From the IMG/VR virus record IMGVR_UViG_3300028596_000001: DNA of 64,000 nucleotides. The stretch is one strand, 5' to 3'. The position numbers and the translations under genes were made by a program. This document shows, one piece after another, positions 37,815 through 47,167 of the stretch (positions are counted from its first letter, which is position 1; the number at the start of each line of letters is the position of its first letter). The stretch is from a virus (taxonomy: Duplodnaviria; Caudoviricetes). The notes below the pieces were generated by a model that was given only the letters and a program-made list of their open reading frames with translations, made no database searches and was not told the origin of the DNA.

Positions 37815-39310
37815 TATTTCTTCCCTTTGGTTGCCTTAGGCGCGGCCTTAGCAGCTGGTTTGGCTGCAGGCTTGGCTGCCGGGGCAGCGGCTGGAGCAGC
37901 TTCTGGCGCAGCGGCGTCAGTAGTGTTACCGCCTTCTTTGGTGAAGATCTTCGGGTTGATACCCTTGATTGCTTTCTGGATACCCTTAACGATCTTGTTC
38001 TGCGCACCCGCAGCGACCTTGATTTCCTTAATGGAAGCCTTGGCCTTAGCGATCTTGTCGGTAACGTTGGACTTGGCGTTATTGGCCACTTCCTTGTTAC
38101 TGCCGTTCGCAGTAGCAACTTTGCTGTTGGCTGCCTTGAGTTCGTTCAGAGCGGTTTGGGCTTTGGTCAACTTCTCGTTGATTTTGCTACCCTTGCCGAC
38201 CTGCTTGTTCAAGATAGCCTGCAGACCGTCGATAACCCGGCTAGCGTCAGCAGCGGTATTCAGACCAGCTACGACCTTGCCCATGGCACCGGTGGTGTCA
38301 ACTTGGGCTGCCAGAGCGAGAATACCTTTCTTGGCTGCGTCGTTAATACGAGCGCCCTTGTTAGGCATCGCCTGAATAGCCTTTTTGTTGTTCTCACCTA
38401 CGTCTTCGGCTTCCTTGGATTCTTCCTCAGCCTTGTCGGAAGAGAACAGATCAAAGAACGACTTCAGCGCATCCCGGCACCACTCGTAGGCAGCGGTACC
38501 CATCTCCTTGATGGAGTCCAGGAAACCTTCTTCGTTACCCTGGTAAGCACGCAGCTTGAGGTCGTTGGCGAAGAACACACCGGCAGCATATTTAGCCGCA
38601 GGGGTATCACGTCCGCTCAGGAGATCTTCCATCCCTTCCAGAACAGCGATAGGGTGATCGAGCTGGCAACCGCATTCACACCCAGCATGGCCGCCGCATT
38701 CGTTGCCCTGGATAACGAAGTCATCCGGCTCCAGCGGGTAGACGTCTTGGTAGTCAGCAGGGGCGAACTCTTCCACACCGGCCAGCATGCCACGATGGGT
38801 AGTGACGAACACATCGACGATTTCCAGGATCTTCTCGGCGTAAGTGAAACGCGAGATGTGGAATTGCAGGGCGTCGCATTCCTCTTCCCGATCGAAACGC
38901 TCAGCGATGTTGTCGAGGAGGTCGTTGGCTTCATTAACCCACAGGTTAACACCCGACTCTTCGTCTGCGTCGTTTACCTTGTTACCCAAAGCACACACAG
39001 TAATCGCAATGCTGCGCGAGTCTTCACGGATAGCGTTGTGAAAGTCCGCATGCAGTTTGATCAGGTAGGTGTTGAGTACTTCGTTTACCTTCAGCTCGGA
39101 AGCGTCGTAGTAACCGATCGAGTTACGCATGTGATCGATGATCTGGTGGGCCCGGCGTTTAACTGCCTGGTTATCCATCTCATCGAAGTAGCCGTTGTCG
39201 TAACCCAGGGTGTTCAGGACGCGCCAGAGAGCTGGGTTGTTTTCGCTAGTAGGACGAACCGAGGTGCCGAGCATAACACCAAGGAGTCCAAGTTCCATTA
39301 AAGTACGCAC
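37814..39310 (-). CDS. Head/ejection protein with long N-terminal pro-region and PAK-rich C-tail (498 aa)
   Basis: QGNEE site followed by an amphipathic helix; the C-terminal half is paralogous to 57230..58312; ends in AAKPAAKPAAKAAPKATKGKK. Confidence 0.7.
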   Translation of the reverse strand: MRTLMELGLLGVMLGTSVRPTSENNPALWRVLNTLGYDNGYFDEMDNQAVKRRAHQIIDHMRNSIGYYDASELKVNEVLNTYLIKLHADFHNAIREDSRSIAITVCALGNKVNDADEESGVNLWVNEANDLLDNIAERFDREEECDALQFHISRFTYAEKILEIVDVFVTTHRGMLAGVEEFAPADYQDVYPLEPDDFVIQGNECGGHAGCECGCQLDHPIAVLEGMEDLLSGRDTPAAKYAAGVFFANDLKLRAYQGNEEGFLDSIKEMGTAAYEWCRDALKSFFDLFSSDKAEEESKEAEDVGENNKKAIQAMPNKGARINDAAKKGILALAAQVDTTGAMGKVVAGLNTAADASRVIDGLQAILNKQVGKGSKINEKLTKAQTALNELKAANSKVATANGSNKEVANNAKSNVTDKIAKAKASIKEIKVAAGAQNKIVKGIQKAIKGINPKIFTKEGGNTTDAAAPEAAPAAAPAAKPAAKPAAKAAPKATKGKK

Positions 39311-39321
39311 TGGTTTATTCC

Positions 39322-39747
39322 TTATTCAATGAAGACCGAAACGATGCCGGAGTACAGAACTGCTCGACGAGCATCGATAATCATAACACCTTCCATCAAA
39401 CACAAATCTACTTCTTCGCGGGGAAGATCGTACAAGCCCACCAAACGCTTCCAGTTGGTGAAATGCACACCGAGTGTGTCCATGGCAGGAACAGAGTCAG
39501 GAAACCCCTCAGAAACGATTTCAGGGGCTCCTGTGGGCATTTCAGTAATGCAATCACCGAACTCAATGTCAACAACACTTTGGTTGGTATTGTCGAACAG
39601 TTTACCGAGATCTACCTTCTTGATAAACAGTGGGCCATTGGCGTTGACGAACTTGAACAGCTTGTCATTAACCGGGGTCACCGTACCGTAAAGATCGTCA
39701 GTGAACTTACCGACGATCTTTTTCAGGCTAAGGGTTTCGAGTCTCAT
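39322..39747 (-). CDS. Small virion-module protein (141 aa)
   Basis: FIKKVDLGKLF...NWKRLVGLYDLPREEV resembles 14145..14558. Confidence 0.5.
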   Translation of the reverse strand: MRLETLSLKKIVGKFTDDLYGTVTPVNDKLFKFVNANGPLFIKKVDLGKLFDNTNQSVVDIEFGDCITEMPTGAPEIVSEGFPDSVPAMDTLGVHFTNWKRLVGLYDLPREEVDLCLMEGVMIIDARRAVLYSGIVSVFIE

Positions 39748-40841
39748 TTAGCGTCCTCGGTCTTTGCTTCGCTACCATCTTTCTTCACAGCAGCGTTAGC
39801 TACGGACAGTGCCGCGTTAATTGCTCTATAAAGAAGAGTTTCCAGCAGCTTGATGTTAGCCATGTTGGTGGTCAGCGTCTGCTTAACCTTGTCGGCCAAA
39901 GCTTTAGCTGCAGCTTCGTTTTCCAGCTCCAACGAATTACCCAGCTTGAGGGCATCGTTAACACGCTGAACAAACACGTTTTCCATTTCCACCACTTCTT
40001 TGGTGAATTCACCATAAAGATTGTTGGTGGTTTGGATGGCGCCCAGAATGTTCTCTACGACACTGACTGTAGCTTTGAAGGTAAGGCCCTTAGCACTACG
40101 ACCAATCTTGGGATTAGCATTGGTAATAAGTTTACCACCCTTGCCGTGCCCCAGAATGACACCGGCCAGGAAAGGGCCTGGTTTGATAACCTCGGCCAAC
40201 TTGGTAGTGAACACTGTTTCGGCTTTGGCCATGTCTTCTTTAGCCTTGCTCAGCTGAGCATGGTTAATCAGTACAGTCCCGATAGCACCAGTGTGTTCCT
40301 TGAGCGCTTTGATATACCCACGCCCTTCATTCTTGATAGCGTTTTCAATTTCGGTCAGCTTGCTTTTGATCCAACCGATATCGTGCCCAGGTTTACCCTC
40401 GGCGTTCCAGATGAACTGGTAGTCTTTAGGGTAAGGGATATCACCCTCTTTAACACCCTTGATCTTGATGGTCTTCTCCAGCTTGTCAGCGGTCTGGTCA
40501 ACCATGCGTTGTTTGCTGGTGAAGAAACTGAAGACCCACTTGAAGAACTTCTTGATGTTCTCGACGATCCAGGTCAGACCATTTTTAATACCGCCCCAAA
40601 TACCCTCGTTACCAGAGTACAGGCTAACGTCACGACGAACTGCTGGCATGTGAGTCATCACCCACTGGTAGTAACCTTCGGTACCGGTTACGTCAGCTTT
40701 GGTGTCGTACTCATCAGACAGTTCTTCTACTTCTTCCTCTGCGTGTTCCGCAGGTTCTTTGGCGTGTTCGGTTTCCCACAGTTCCATAACTGTAGGAGTG
40801 TTCACATAACGAAGTGGCAACACATATTCAGACATGTTCAT
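39744..40841 (-). CDS. Head/ejection protein (phiKZ gp93-97 family), 365 aa
   Basis: Acidic propeptide with TGTEG and SGNEG sites, followed by an aromatic amphipathic helix. Confidence 0.7.
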   Translation of the reverse strand: MNMSEYVLPLRYVNTPTVMELWETEHAKEPAEHAEEEVEELSDEYDTKADVTGTEGYYQWVMTHMPAVRRDVSLYSGNEGIWGGIKNGLTWIVENIKKFFKWVFSFFTSKQRMVDQTADKLEKTIKIKGVKEGDIPYPKDYQFIWNAEGKPGHDIGWIKSKLTEIENAIKNEGRGYIKALKEHTGAIGTVLINHAQLSKAKEDMAKAETVFTTKLAEVIKPGPFLAGVILGHGKGGKLITNANPKIGRSAKGLTFKATVSVVENILGAIQTTNNLYGEFTKEVVEMENVFVQRVNDALKLGNSLELENEAAAKALADKVKQTLTTNMANIKLLETLLYRAINAALSVANAAVKKDGSEAKTEDAK

Positions 40842-40909
40842 ATACCCTTGAGAATAAACGAAGGCAACCTATAGCATTTCAACGAAAATGCAAAAAAAAA
40901 GAAACATAA

Positions 40910-40943
40910 ATAACCTATCGGGGCCAACGCCCCGATAGGTTAT
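40910..40943 (-). terminator. Terminator hairpin
   Basis: 14-bp stem ATAACCTATCGGGG / CCCCGATAGGTTAT with a nearby T-tract on the minus strand. Confidence 0.8.
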
Positions 40944-40973
40944 CCGTTACGCAGGTATTACTTAAGCCGAGGC

Positions 40974-42266
40974 TTAAGCGTTACCGAAGCCCAGGTGGGC
41001 AGCAACGCCGTCCAGCACAGCGCCGGCGCGGTTGGTGGCGTGACGGTCGAGGACCGCAGCAACCTTGGCAACCAGGGCGTAGGTGGCTTTAACCACGTTC
41101 ACCTTGCCGTTAACATCGGACTCTTTGTCGGAGTCACCAGCTTTGATGTTGTTCAGCTTGCCGATGATCTGGTCACGGGTGCTGTTGGTGGCTTTGCTGG
41201 CCAGCTTGTCGTCGCGCAGAACGGCGAGACCGGCTTTCACGCCGTCCAGAGCAGCAGTCAGACCGGACTTGTCGACTTTGGCCTTGGTTTCGCCAGTGCT
41301 CAGTTTCTTGGCTTCCGGCGCCTTCATCACGTTGATGCTGACGGAACGGATCGCGGTGGCAGCTTCGGCGAACGAGGTGATGGTTGGCTCGGAGAACGAA
41401 GCCGACATACGGACACCAGCGCGCTGGGAAACGATGACGTCTTTCGAACCTTGCTTCTTCTCGTTGTACTTGCCGAAGTCCTTGGCGTCGGCCTTGAACT
41501 GCGAGGTCATGCTGTCGTAGGCGGTCTTCAGACCGGCAACGGTCATGCCGTCAACCTTGCCAGCTTCAGCGGCCAGGCCGTCAACGCTGTTACGGGTACC
41601 GGTCATGCCGCCCTTGTCTTTCTTCGAAGCGTTGGCCAGGCCATCGTTCGCGTAGTCGACGTAGACGTTCCAGCCGCCGAGCTTGATCTTGTCTTTGATC
41701 TTGCCGCCGCCGTTCAGGCGTTTGCGCAGCTGATCTTCACGACGAGCCAGGGCATCGACCTTGCTGCGCATGGAGACGAAGAAGTTGATGATGGTGTTGA
41801 AGATGTGCTTGATGAAAGCAACAGCTTTGGCACCCCAGTTCTTCAGGGTCTCACCGATGGCTTCGATACCGGTGCGGGCCATCAGGTTGGCGGTGGCAGC
41901 ATCGGACATCGACTCGGCACCAACGCGGTCACCGGCGTATTCGCAGCCGAGCTTGCCGGCCAGGCGCAGAGCGCGGTTGTAGGTGTTGGAGAAGGCGATG
42001 GAGTTGAAGTTGCCGCTGTTCAGCATGGATTCCATGCCTTCAACGGATTCTTCCAGATCTTCCACGGTTTCTTCCAGGTCTTCGACCTTGTCGACCAGCT
42101 GGACGATTTCAGCGGTTTGCTCTTCGATGACAGCGGTCAGTTCGCTGACTTCGGCCACAACGGCTGCTTCTTCGGCATCACCAACGATGGTTGGGGAGTG
42201 TTGGCCTTCTTCGGCCAGGCCCAGTTCTTCGGCGCCCATGTATTGCAGAAGCGGATCAAAGCTCAT
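40974..42266 (-). CDS. Abundant head/inner-body protein (phiKZ gp93-like), 430 aa
   Basis: Glu-rich propeptide with EGMES, VGAES and TGIEA sites, MCP-like codon bias, and its own terminator. Confidence 0.75.
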   Translation of the reverse strand: MSFDPLLQYMGAEELGLAEEGQHSPTIVGDAEEAAVVAEVSELTAVIEEQTAEIVQLVDKVEDLEETVEDLEESVEGMESMLNSGNFNSIAFSNTYNRALRLAGKLGCEYAGDRVGAESMSDAATANLMARTGIEAIGETLKNWGAKAVAFIKHIFNTIINFFVSMRSKVDALARREDQLRKRLNGGGKIKDKIKLGGWNVYVDYANDGLANASKKDKGGMTGTRNSVDGLAAEAGKVDGMTVAGLKTAYDSMTSQFKADAKDFGKYNEKKQGSKDVIVSQRAGVRMSASFSEPTITSFAEAATAIRSVSINVMKAPEAKKLSTGETKAKVDKSGLTAALDGVKAGLAVLRDDKLASKATNSTRDQIIGKLNNIKAGDSDKESDVNGKVNVVKATYALVAKVAAVLDRHATNRAGAVLDGVAAHLGFGNA

Positions 42267-42314
42267 GATGTTACCCTTTTTCGTTAACGAAAGGAAAGTG
42301 TGTTTGGAAACGTT

Positions 42315-43319
42315 TCACACGAAGACACCCAGTACACCATGAATGTACCGGTCAGTATAGCTGATTACTCGAGGAGTGAATCCGCTATAAAATGCGAGAG
42401 CTGCTGGTTCACCACCTAGCAAACGCTCTGCATCATTCTGAGCACTCTTGCTCACTTTCTCCAACTTACCCATGTTGCCTTCAACAGTCTTGACCATTTC
42501 GCCCCAGGACTTGATGAAAGACAGGTAACTGTCGAAAGTATTTTTAAAGCGTTTGTGCATGTTGTTCACTTTGTCCAGCTTAACCAACAAAGCGTTGACT
42601 TCAGACTTGGACATGTTGACGCTTTCGGCTTGACCCTCAGGTCCGTCACCGTTCATAAGATATTTGTGAGCACTAACCTCATACTCCATAACCTTACTAC
42701 CAGGCAATATGGCCGACCGATAGATTCCTCCATCGTGACGGGGGAAGTCCAACACCGGATACTTCAAAGCTTCGTACTTGTCGATCACCTTGTAGATATC
42801 TTCGGTCGTGGATACATTCCGCAGCCCACGTAGAACACCCATACGGGCATCCAGGAAGGTGAGGAGATCCTTACCATGTTTATCGATGATTTCCAACGTG
42901 TGGATAAGAGTATCCATATCCTTGGACAGGTCACCAATCTCTCCATCGCTGGTCAATTGCTTAACTTTGTCTTTGGAGAACTTGATTTCGTGTTCTTCCG
43001 AACGCGAGAACTGTTGGATGATCTTCTTGATCAACACGTCGTTATCACTGAAAGCACGGATGAGCAGTTTACCGGCTCCTCCCAATACAGTGGCGAAAGC
43101 GCCGACGGTCTTACCGCCTACCCAGCCTACTGTAGTGAGCAAACCACCGCCCAGAGTCCCCATGCCTTCGCCTAGCGTCCCTAATACTTCTTGGTAACCT
43201 TCGTTACCAGTAACTGCGTTCTGTACATGCACGGCGAGCCTGGTGAGCTCATGGAGTTCGTACGCCATATCAGCGTGATTCTCCATACCCTGTGCATATA
43301 ACAGTTTCAACTCGCTCAT
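42315..43319 (-). CDS. Head/inner-body protein (334 aa)
   Basis: TGNEG site followed by a Gly-rich hydrophobic segment. Confidence 0.65.
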   Translation of the reverse strand: MSELKLLYAQGMENHADMAYELHELTRLAVHVQNAVTGNEGYQEVLGTLGEGMGTLGGGLLTTVGWVGGKTVGAFATVLGGAGKLLIRAFSDNDVLIKKIIQQFSRSEEHEIKFSKDKVKQLTSDGEIGDLSKDMDTLIHTLEIIDKHGKDLLTFLDARMGVLRGLRNVSTTEDIYKVIDKYEALKYPVLDFPRHDGGIYRSAILPGSKVMEYEVSAHKYLMNGDGPEGQAESVNMSKSEVNALLVKLDKVNNMHKRFKNTFDSYLSFIKSWGEMVKTVEGNMGKLEKVSKSAQNDAERLLGGEPAALAFYSGFTPRVISYTDRYIHGVLGVFV

Positions 43320-43328
43320 GCAGCCCCC

Positions 43329-44639
43329 TTATTCTGGGAGGTTAACAGTGATCGACGTATTGCACAGTTCAATCAAACCATTGAAGATCAGCACCAGGTA
43401 GTTGTTAACAGCCGCACGGTTAACCAGCAGCTCTACCTGATTCTTCCGAACAATGGAAGTAAACGCGGTCTGGACTTTGTCCTTCATATCATCGGACATT
43501 GGCGACTCATAGATACCTTTGACGATATCGTTGAAGTCGTTGTCGTTGATCTTGTAACGGTCCATACCTTCTGTGGTTTTACGCCAAGCCTTGAGGGTCT
43601 CGCGCATGAGCTTGACCAGTGTCTTGATCGTGTCGCTAGAAAGCGTCTTGATCGCAGCACCGATCTTTGGATACTCAACCGGAGAGTTGTTCTCGAACCC
43701 GACCATGTCCAGATCGATGTAACCTTGGACGTAACCGATTACCTGCTCGATGCTGGTAGGAGAGGTATTAACCTTTTCCTGACGCACATCGAGGAAGTAA
43801 GCACCACCCATAAGTTCTACCGACTGCTTGGCTACTACGCTCGAAGTAGTGTGATCCTTGTTAGGATACGAGCACTCTTTGAAGCGAGCCGAAACAATCG
43901 ACTTAGGCAGCAACAGGAAACGTTCCTTGGCTTCGTCGTCCGTCAGTCCATCGAACCCACCGAAGTAACTCAGTGTGTTGTTCAGGACTGCACGGTTGGC
44001 CAGGTAATAGTTGTTGGTGAGGGCCGAGATCGTGGCATTCAGTTTAGTGAGACCACTAACCCAGTCCTCGTTAACCTTACCACCAACCTTGAACTGGTTG
44101 AACAGTCGGGTACCCAGCAGGATGGTGTCGGTGCCAGCTTTGAAGCTAGGCGCGGCGTTGATGTCCTTTTCCAGGATATCGATCAACGACTCCAAACTTT
44201 CCGTCGACTGGGTAAACAACAGGTAGGATTCACGGAAACCAATACCGATCTGAGCGGATATCTCCTTAGCCTTGCGGTAGAAGTCCCCCAGGAAGCTCTC
44301 ACAGCCCTGTAGACGCGTTCTGATGAATACTGCGGGCATCAGAGTGTGTCCGAGGCATTCGACGCCCTGAACCTGTCCCAGCTCGTCTGCAGGAATATCC
44401 ACATCCGAACGGGTCAGGTAGTTGTCCATTTGTTTGGCCAACGGGACGTCGAGCTTGTGCTCGTCGATATTGGTCAACACTTTCTTGACCAGCTCAACAC
44501 GGTCTTTACGGTCGTCCAGTCGTTCCTGAAGGATTTGCAAAGCAGCCGTGTCTTGCGCCTTCTCTACCAGCTCAGCAGATTTGACTGTACTGATAACAGC
44601 CATTTCTGCTGCAAGCTGCAGATCATTTGCGTCAGGCAT
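43329..44639 (-). CDS. Head/inner-body protein (phiKZ gp92-like by synteny)
   Basis: GGGGAG RBS before ATG 44639 (MPDAND); QGVEC and QGCES sites. Confidence 0.65.
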   Translation of the reverse strand: MPDANDLQLAAEMAVISTVKSAELVEKAQDTAALQILQERLDDRKDRVELVKKVLTNIDEHKLDVPLAKQMDNYLTRSDVDIPADELGQVQGVECLGHTLMPAVFIRTRLQGCESFLGDFYRKAKEISAQIGIGFRESYLLFTQSTESLESLIDILEKDINAAPSFKAGTDTILLGTRLFNQFKVGGKVNEDWVSGLTKLNATISALTNNYYLANRAVLNNTLSYFGGFDGLTDDEAKERFLLLPKSIVSARFKECSYPNKDHTTSSVVAKQSVELMGGAYFLDVRQEKVNTSPTSIEQVIGYVQGYIDLDMVGFENNSPVEYPKIGAAIKTLSSDTIKTLVKLMRETLKAWRKTTEGMDRYKINDNDFNDIVKGIYESPMSDDMKDKVQTAFTSIVRKNQVELLVNRAAVNNYLVLIFNGLIELCNTSITVNLPE

Positions 44640-45138
44640 AGTAGGACTCCCCGCCGTGCAGCAAGAAGATCCGCCCCACAGCAATAGGTCCGATGCCAGC
44701 CAACAGACGATAGAGATCGAAGTCGAACAGCTTCAGCCCATTCTTGAGCAGAGGATCCAGGGAACTGCCTTCACGACCAGTAGGGGTATAAACCGCATCG
44801 TGGTAGTGTGACAGGTTCTTCATCCGCTCTTCGTGGATGCTGATTGAGGTGTTGATCGACAGGTGCCCGATCTTACCATTGAGGTAGTTCAGGATATCCC
44901 GCACCAGCCCAGCCAGAGGACCATCAGCGTTAGCACGCAGCCACTGGGAGAACGTGTCACCGGTCAGGCGACGTACCAAACGAATGATCTCAACAGGAAC
45001 GTGGCCCTTGAGGACCATGTTGAAATCTACCAAACTATCCCGACGCAAGGCAGCAAGGTTTTTGAAGATGGTGGCCATCTCCGCATCGTTGACTTGGTCG
45101 AAGAAGAAACCATTGGGGCCCATCCGATAAGCAGTCAT
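44632..45138 (-). CDS. Minor capsid/head protein (phiKZ gp91-like by synteny), 168 aa
   Basis: Translationally coupled within the head operon. Confidence 0.55.
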   Translation of the reverse strand: MTAYRMGPNGFFFDQVNDAEMATIFKNLAALRRDSLVDFNMVLKGHVPVEIIRLVRRLTGDTFSQWLRANADGPLAGLVRDILNYLNGKIGHLSINTSISIHEERMKNLSHYHDAVYTPTGREGSSLDPLLKNGLKLFDFDLYRLLAGIGPIAVGRIFLLHGGESYYA

Positions 45139-46025
45139 CAGTCGTAGCTCTTGATGATTTGTTCGATGGCGTGTTCGTTCTTGATGATCCGCTCTTGGTA
45201 GATCTCGATCTCGCGATCGATTTGCGGATCATTGGTACCGTCACGGCGGTTGATCGCCTGGGAGATCTTCATGGCGTGCTGTTGGTTCTTCGCACGCATG
45301 TTGTCGATCCGCATCAGGTTGATGTTCTTCATGCCCAGACCAACCCAGAACGCAGGGTTCAGGTTGTGGATACCGAAGCCTTTACCAACCAGATCGGTGG
45401 TGCCTTGGCCAGCGGTGGACTCGAGAACGTCCAGAGACACTTCGCTGACTTCTACGTCCGGGATCTTCTCCAGGGTTTGCAGAACCAGGCGACCGCCTTT
45501 CAACAGCTCGACGGTGAAGTGCTTGTAGAACTCGAGAGTACCCTGCATCCACTTTTGATCGTGCACGCTCAGGTACTTGTTCGGATCAACCTTGTTCAGA
45601 TTGATGGTCAGGCAGACGTCGAAGATCTTGCCGGTGAACTCCAACCAGTAGTTGATATACTCGACCAGGTTGAGGATGTTGGCTTGACGCAGGGTCACCA
45701 GTTTGCCATCCCAGACCTTGGTGTTGTAGCCACGAATCATCTTCTCCAGACCAGGAGTGATGTGTTTGATCGCAGCCAGACCGAATTCGAGATCACCCAA
45801 CAGGGACGAACCACGGAAGCCTTTGTCCTGGACATGGCGCAGCAGCGACTTGGTCAAAGTCCAGCTACCGGCCACTTCATCGAACTGTTTGTTAAGGTTG
45901 TTCGCCTTAACGTTGTCGATGTTGGCCATCAGGTCGTTGACGCTGACAGTGATACCTGCCAGGAAGGTGTGGAGTTCACCCTCGTTGAAAGTCTTGACCT
46001 TACCGGTATAAGACAGAATATCCAT
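45138..46025 (-). CDS. Inner-body/head protein (phiKZ gp90-like by synteny), 295 aa
   Basis: Strong codon bias; TAATG coupling. Confidence 0.65.
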   Translation of the reverse strand: MDILSYTGKVKTFNEGELHTFLAGITVSVNDLMANIDNVKANNLNKQFDEVAGSWTLTKSLLRHVQDKGFRGSSLLGDLEFGLAAIKHITPGLEKMIRGYNTKVWDGKLVTLRQANILNLVEYINYWLEFTGKIFDVCLTINLNKVDPNKYLSVHDQKWMQGTLEFYKHFTVELLKGGRLVLQTLEKIPDVEVSEVSLDVLESTAGQGTTDLVGKGFGIHNLNPAFWVGLGMKNINLMRIDNMRAKNQQHAMKISQAINRRDGTNDPQIDREIEIYQERIIKNEHAIEQIIKSYD

Positions 46026-47134
46026 TACATGCCTCCGTTGAGCAGCTTGACGAGGTCGGACAGATTGTTCGAGCCCATATCTTTCTTACCTTTCAGCGCC
46101 AGGTCTTTACGGGTGTAGATCTCTGGACGCGATTGACCGTGGGTGTAGAAGGTGAAGATACCGCGGTCTTCGTTGCAAACCACGATGGTGTTCGCCTTCA
46201 CAGCCTTGAAGATCTCGTTGCGCGAGTTCTCGTTGGCGAAACGACGACCGATCGACAACTCGAGTTGGTTGGCGGTGTCCTGAGTAAAGATGAAGGTGTT
46301 CGCCAGGTTGTTAACGGAAACAACACCGGTACGAACGGCAGCGACGCGGTTACCCGACTCGTTGCTCATCGCTTCACGGTAATACCCGGACATGTCCTCG
46401 TTCTTGATCTTGAAGCGCTCTTTGATGATGTCCTTACCGGTCAGCAGATCAGGTACGGTGATCTCCTTGGTTTGAACCATCAGGAAACGAGCGAACATGC
46501 CGTCTTCGATCTTGGCCGCCGAGAACACACGGGTCAGGCTGGCTGGATCGATAGGCACAGGGATCTGACGGAAGGTCAGAGGGAAGTCGATGTCCTTACC
46601 GCTGGCGGTAGGCAGGGTAGCCACGACCGTACGACCCACCGCCAGAGGGGTGTATTCGTTCAGGTCAGGCATGTTCTTACCACCGACGTTAACGGTAGGA
46701 ATGAACTCCTTCTCTTCCTTGGCTTTCTCTTCTTTGGTCTTGATGTTGTTGTCGTGGGCTTCGATACCCGCGAGGCACAACAGACCGGCGCGCTTCGGAT
46801 TGATGGAACCAATCAGGTTCTCAACCTTCACGCCCATCGCTACGGAACTCTCCATCGACAGGTGGGTGAGAGTAGCGACGATGTCACGCAGGTTGACGAT
46901 TTGCATCAGGTCATTCATGTACTCCTGGTGCAAAGAAGTAGCTTCGATTACCACCATCGGAGCCACGATAGAACGCGCCGCGCTCTCGTGAACCGAGGTG
47001 GTGGAAACCACATTGTATGCCTGCCTGACATTGTCCGCTGCGTTGGCTGCGGAGGTGATATCTTTGCTGTCTGGGTAGAGTTTGGAGGCCACACCCAGAA
47101 ACAGAGATCCCAGGTTCAAAACTGCAGAGATCAT
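46025..47134 (-). CDS. Inner-body protein (phiKZ gp89-like by synteny), 369 aa
   Basis: First gene of the head operon; GAGGT RBS; AGIEA site. Confidence 0.65.
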   Translation of the reverse strand: MISAVLNLGSLFLGVASKLYPDSKDITSAANAADNVRQAYNVVSTTSVHESAARSIVAPMVVIEATSLHQEYMNDLMQIVNLRDIVATLTHLSMESSVAMGVKVENLIGSINPKRAGLLCLAGIEAHDNNIKTKEEKAKEEKEFIPTVNVGGKNMPDLNEYTPLAVGRTVVATLPTASGKDIDFPLTFRQIPVPIDPASLTRVFSAAKIEDGMFARFLMVQTKEITVPDLLTGKDIIKERFKIKNEDMSGYYREAMSNESGNRVAAVRTGVVSVNNLANTFIFTQDTANQLELSIGRRFANENSRNEIFKAVKANTIVVCNEDRGIFTFYTHGQSRPEIYTRKDLALKGKKDMGSNNLSDLVKLLNGGM

Positions 47135-47167
47135 GAAAATTTACCTCTATTTGTAAGAGAAAAGACG

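Noticed and set aside
40995-42287. 430-aa antisense ORF (likewise 37790..39301, 57260..59149, 35471..36997, 53917..55209, 2145..3746)
   Set aside because: Antisense shadows of highly biased structural genes, with no independent coding signal.
46133-47167. N-terminal 345 aa of the 700-aa track ORF
   Set aside because: Antisense to the gp89-like gene; the real protein starts at ATG 47168 (MADNPLNGWF).
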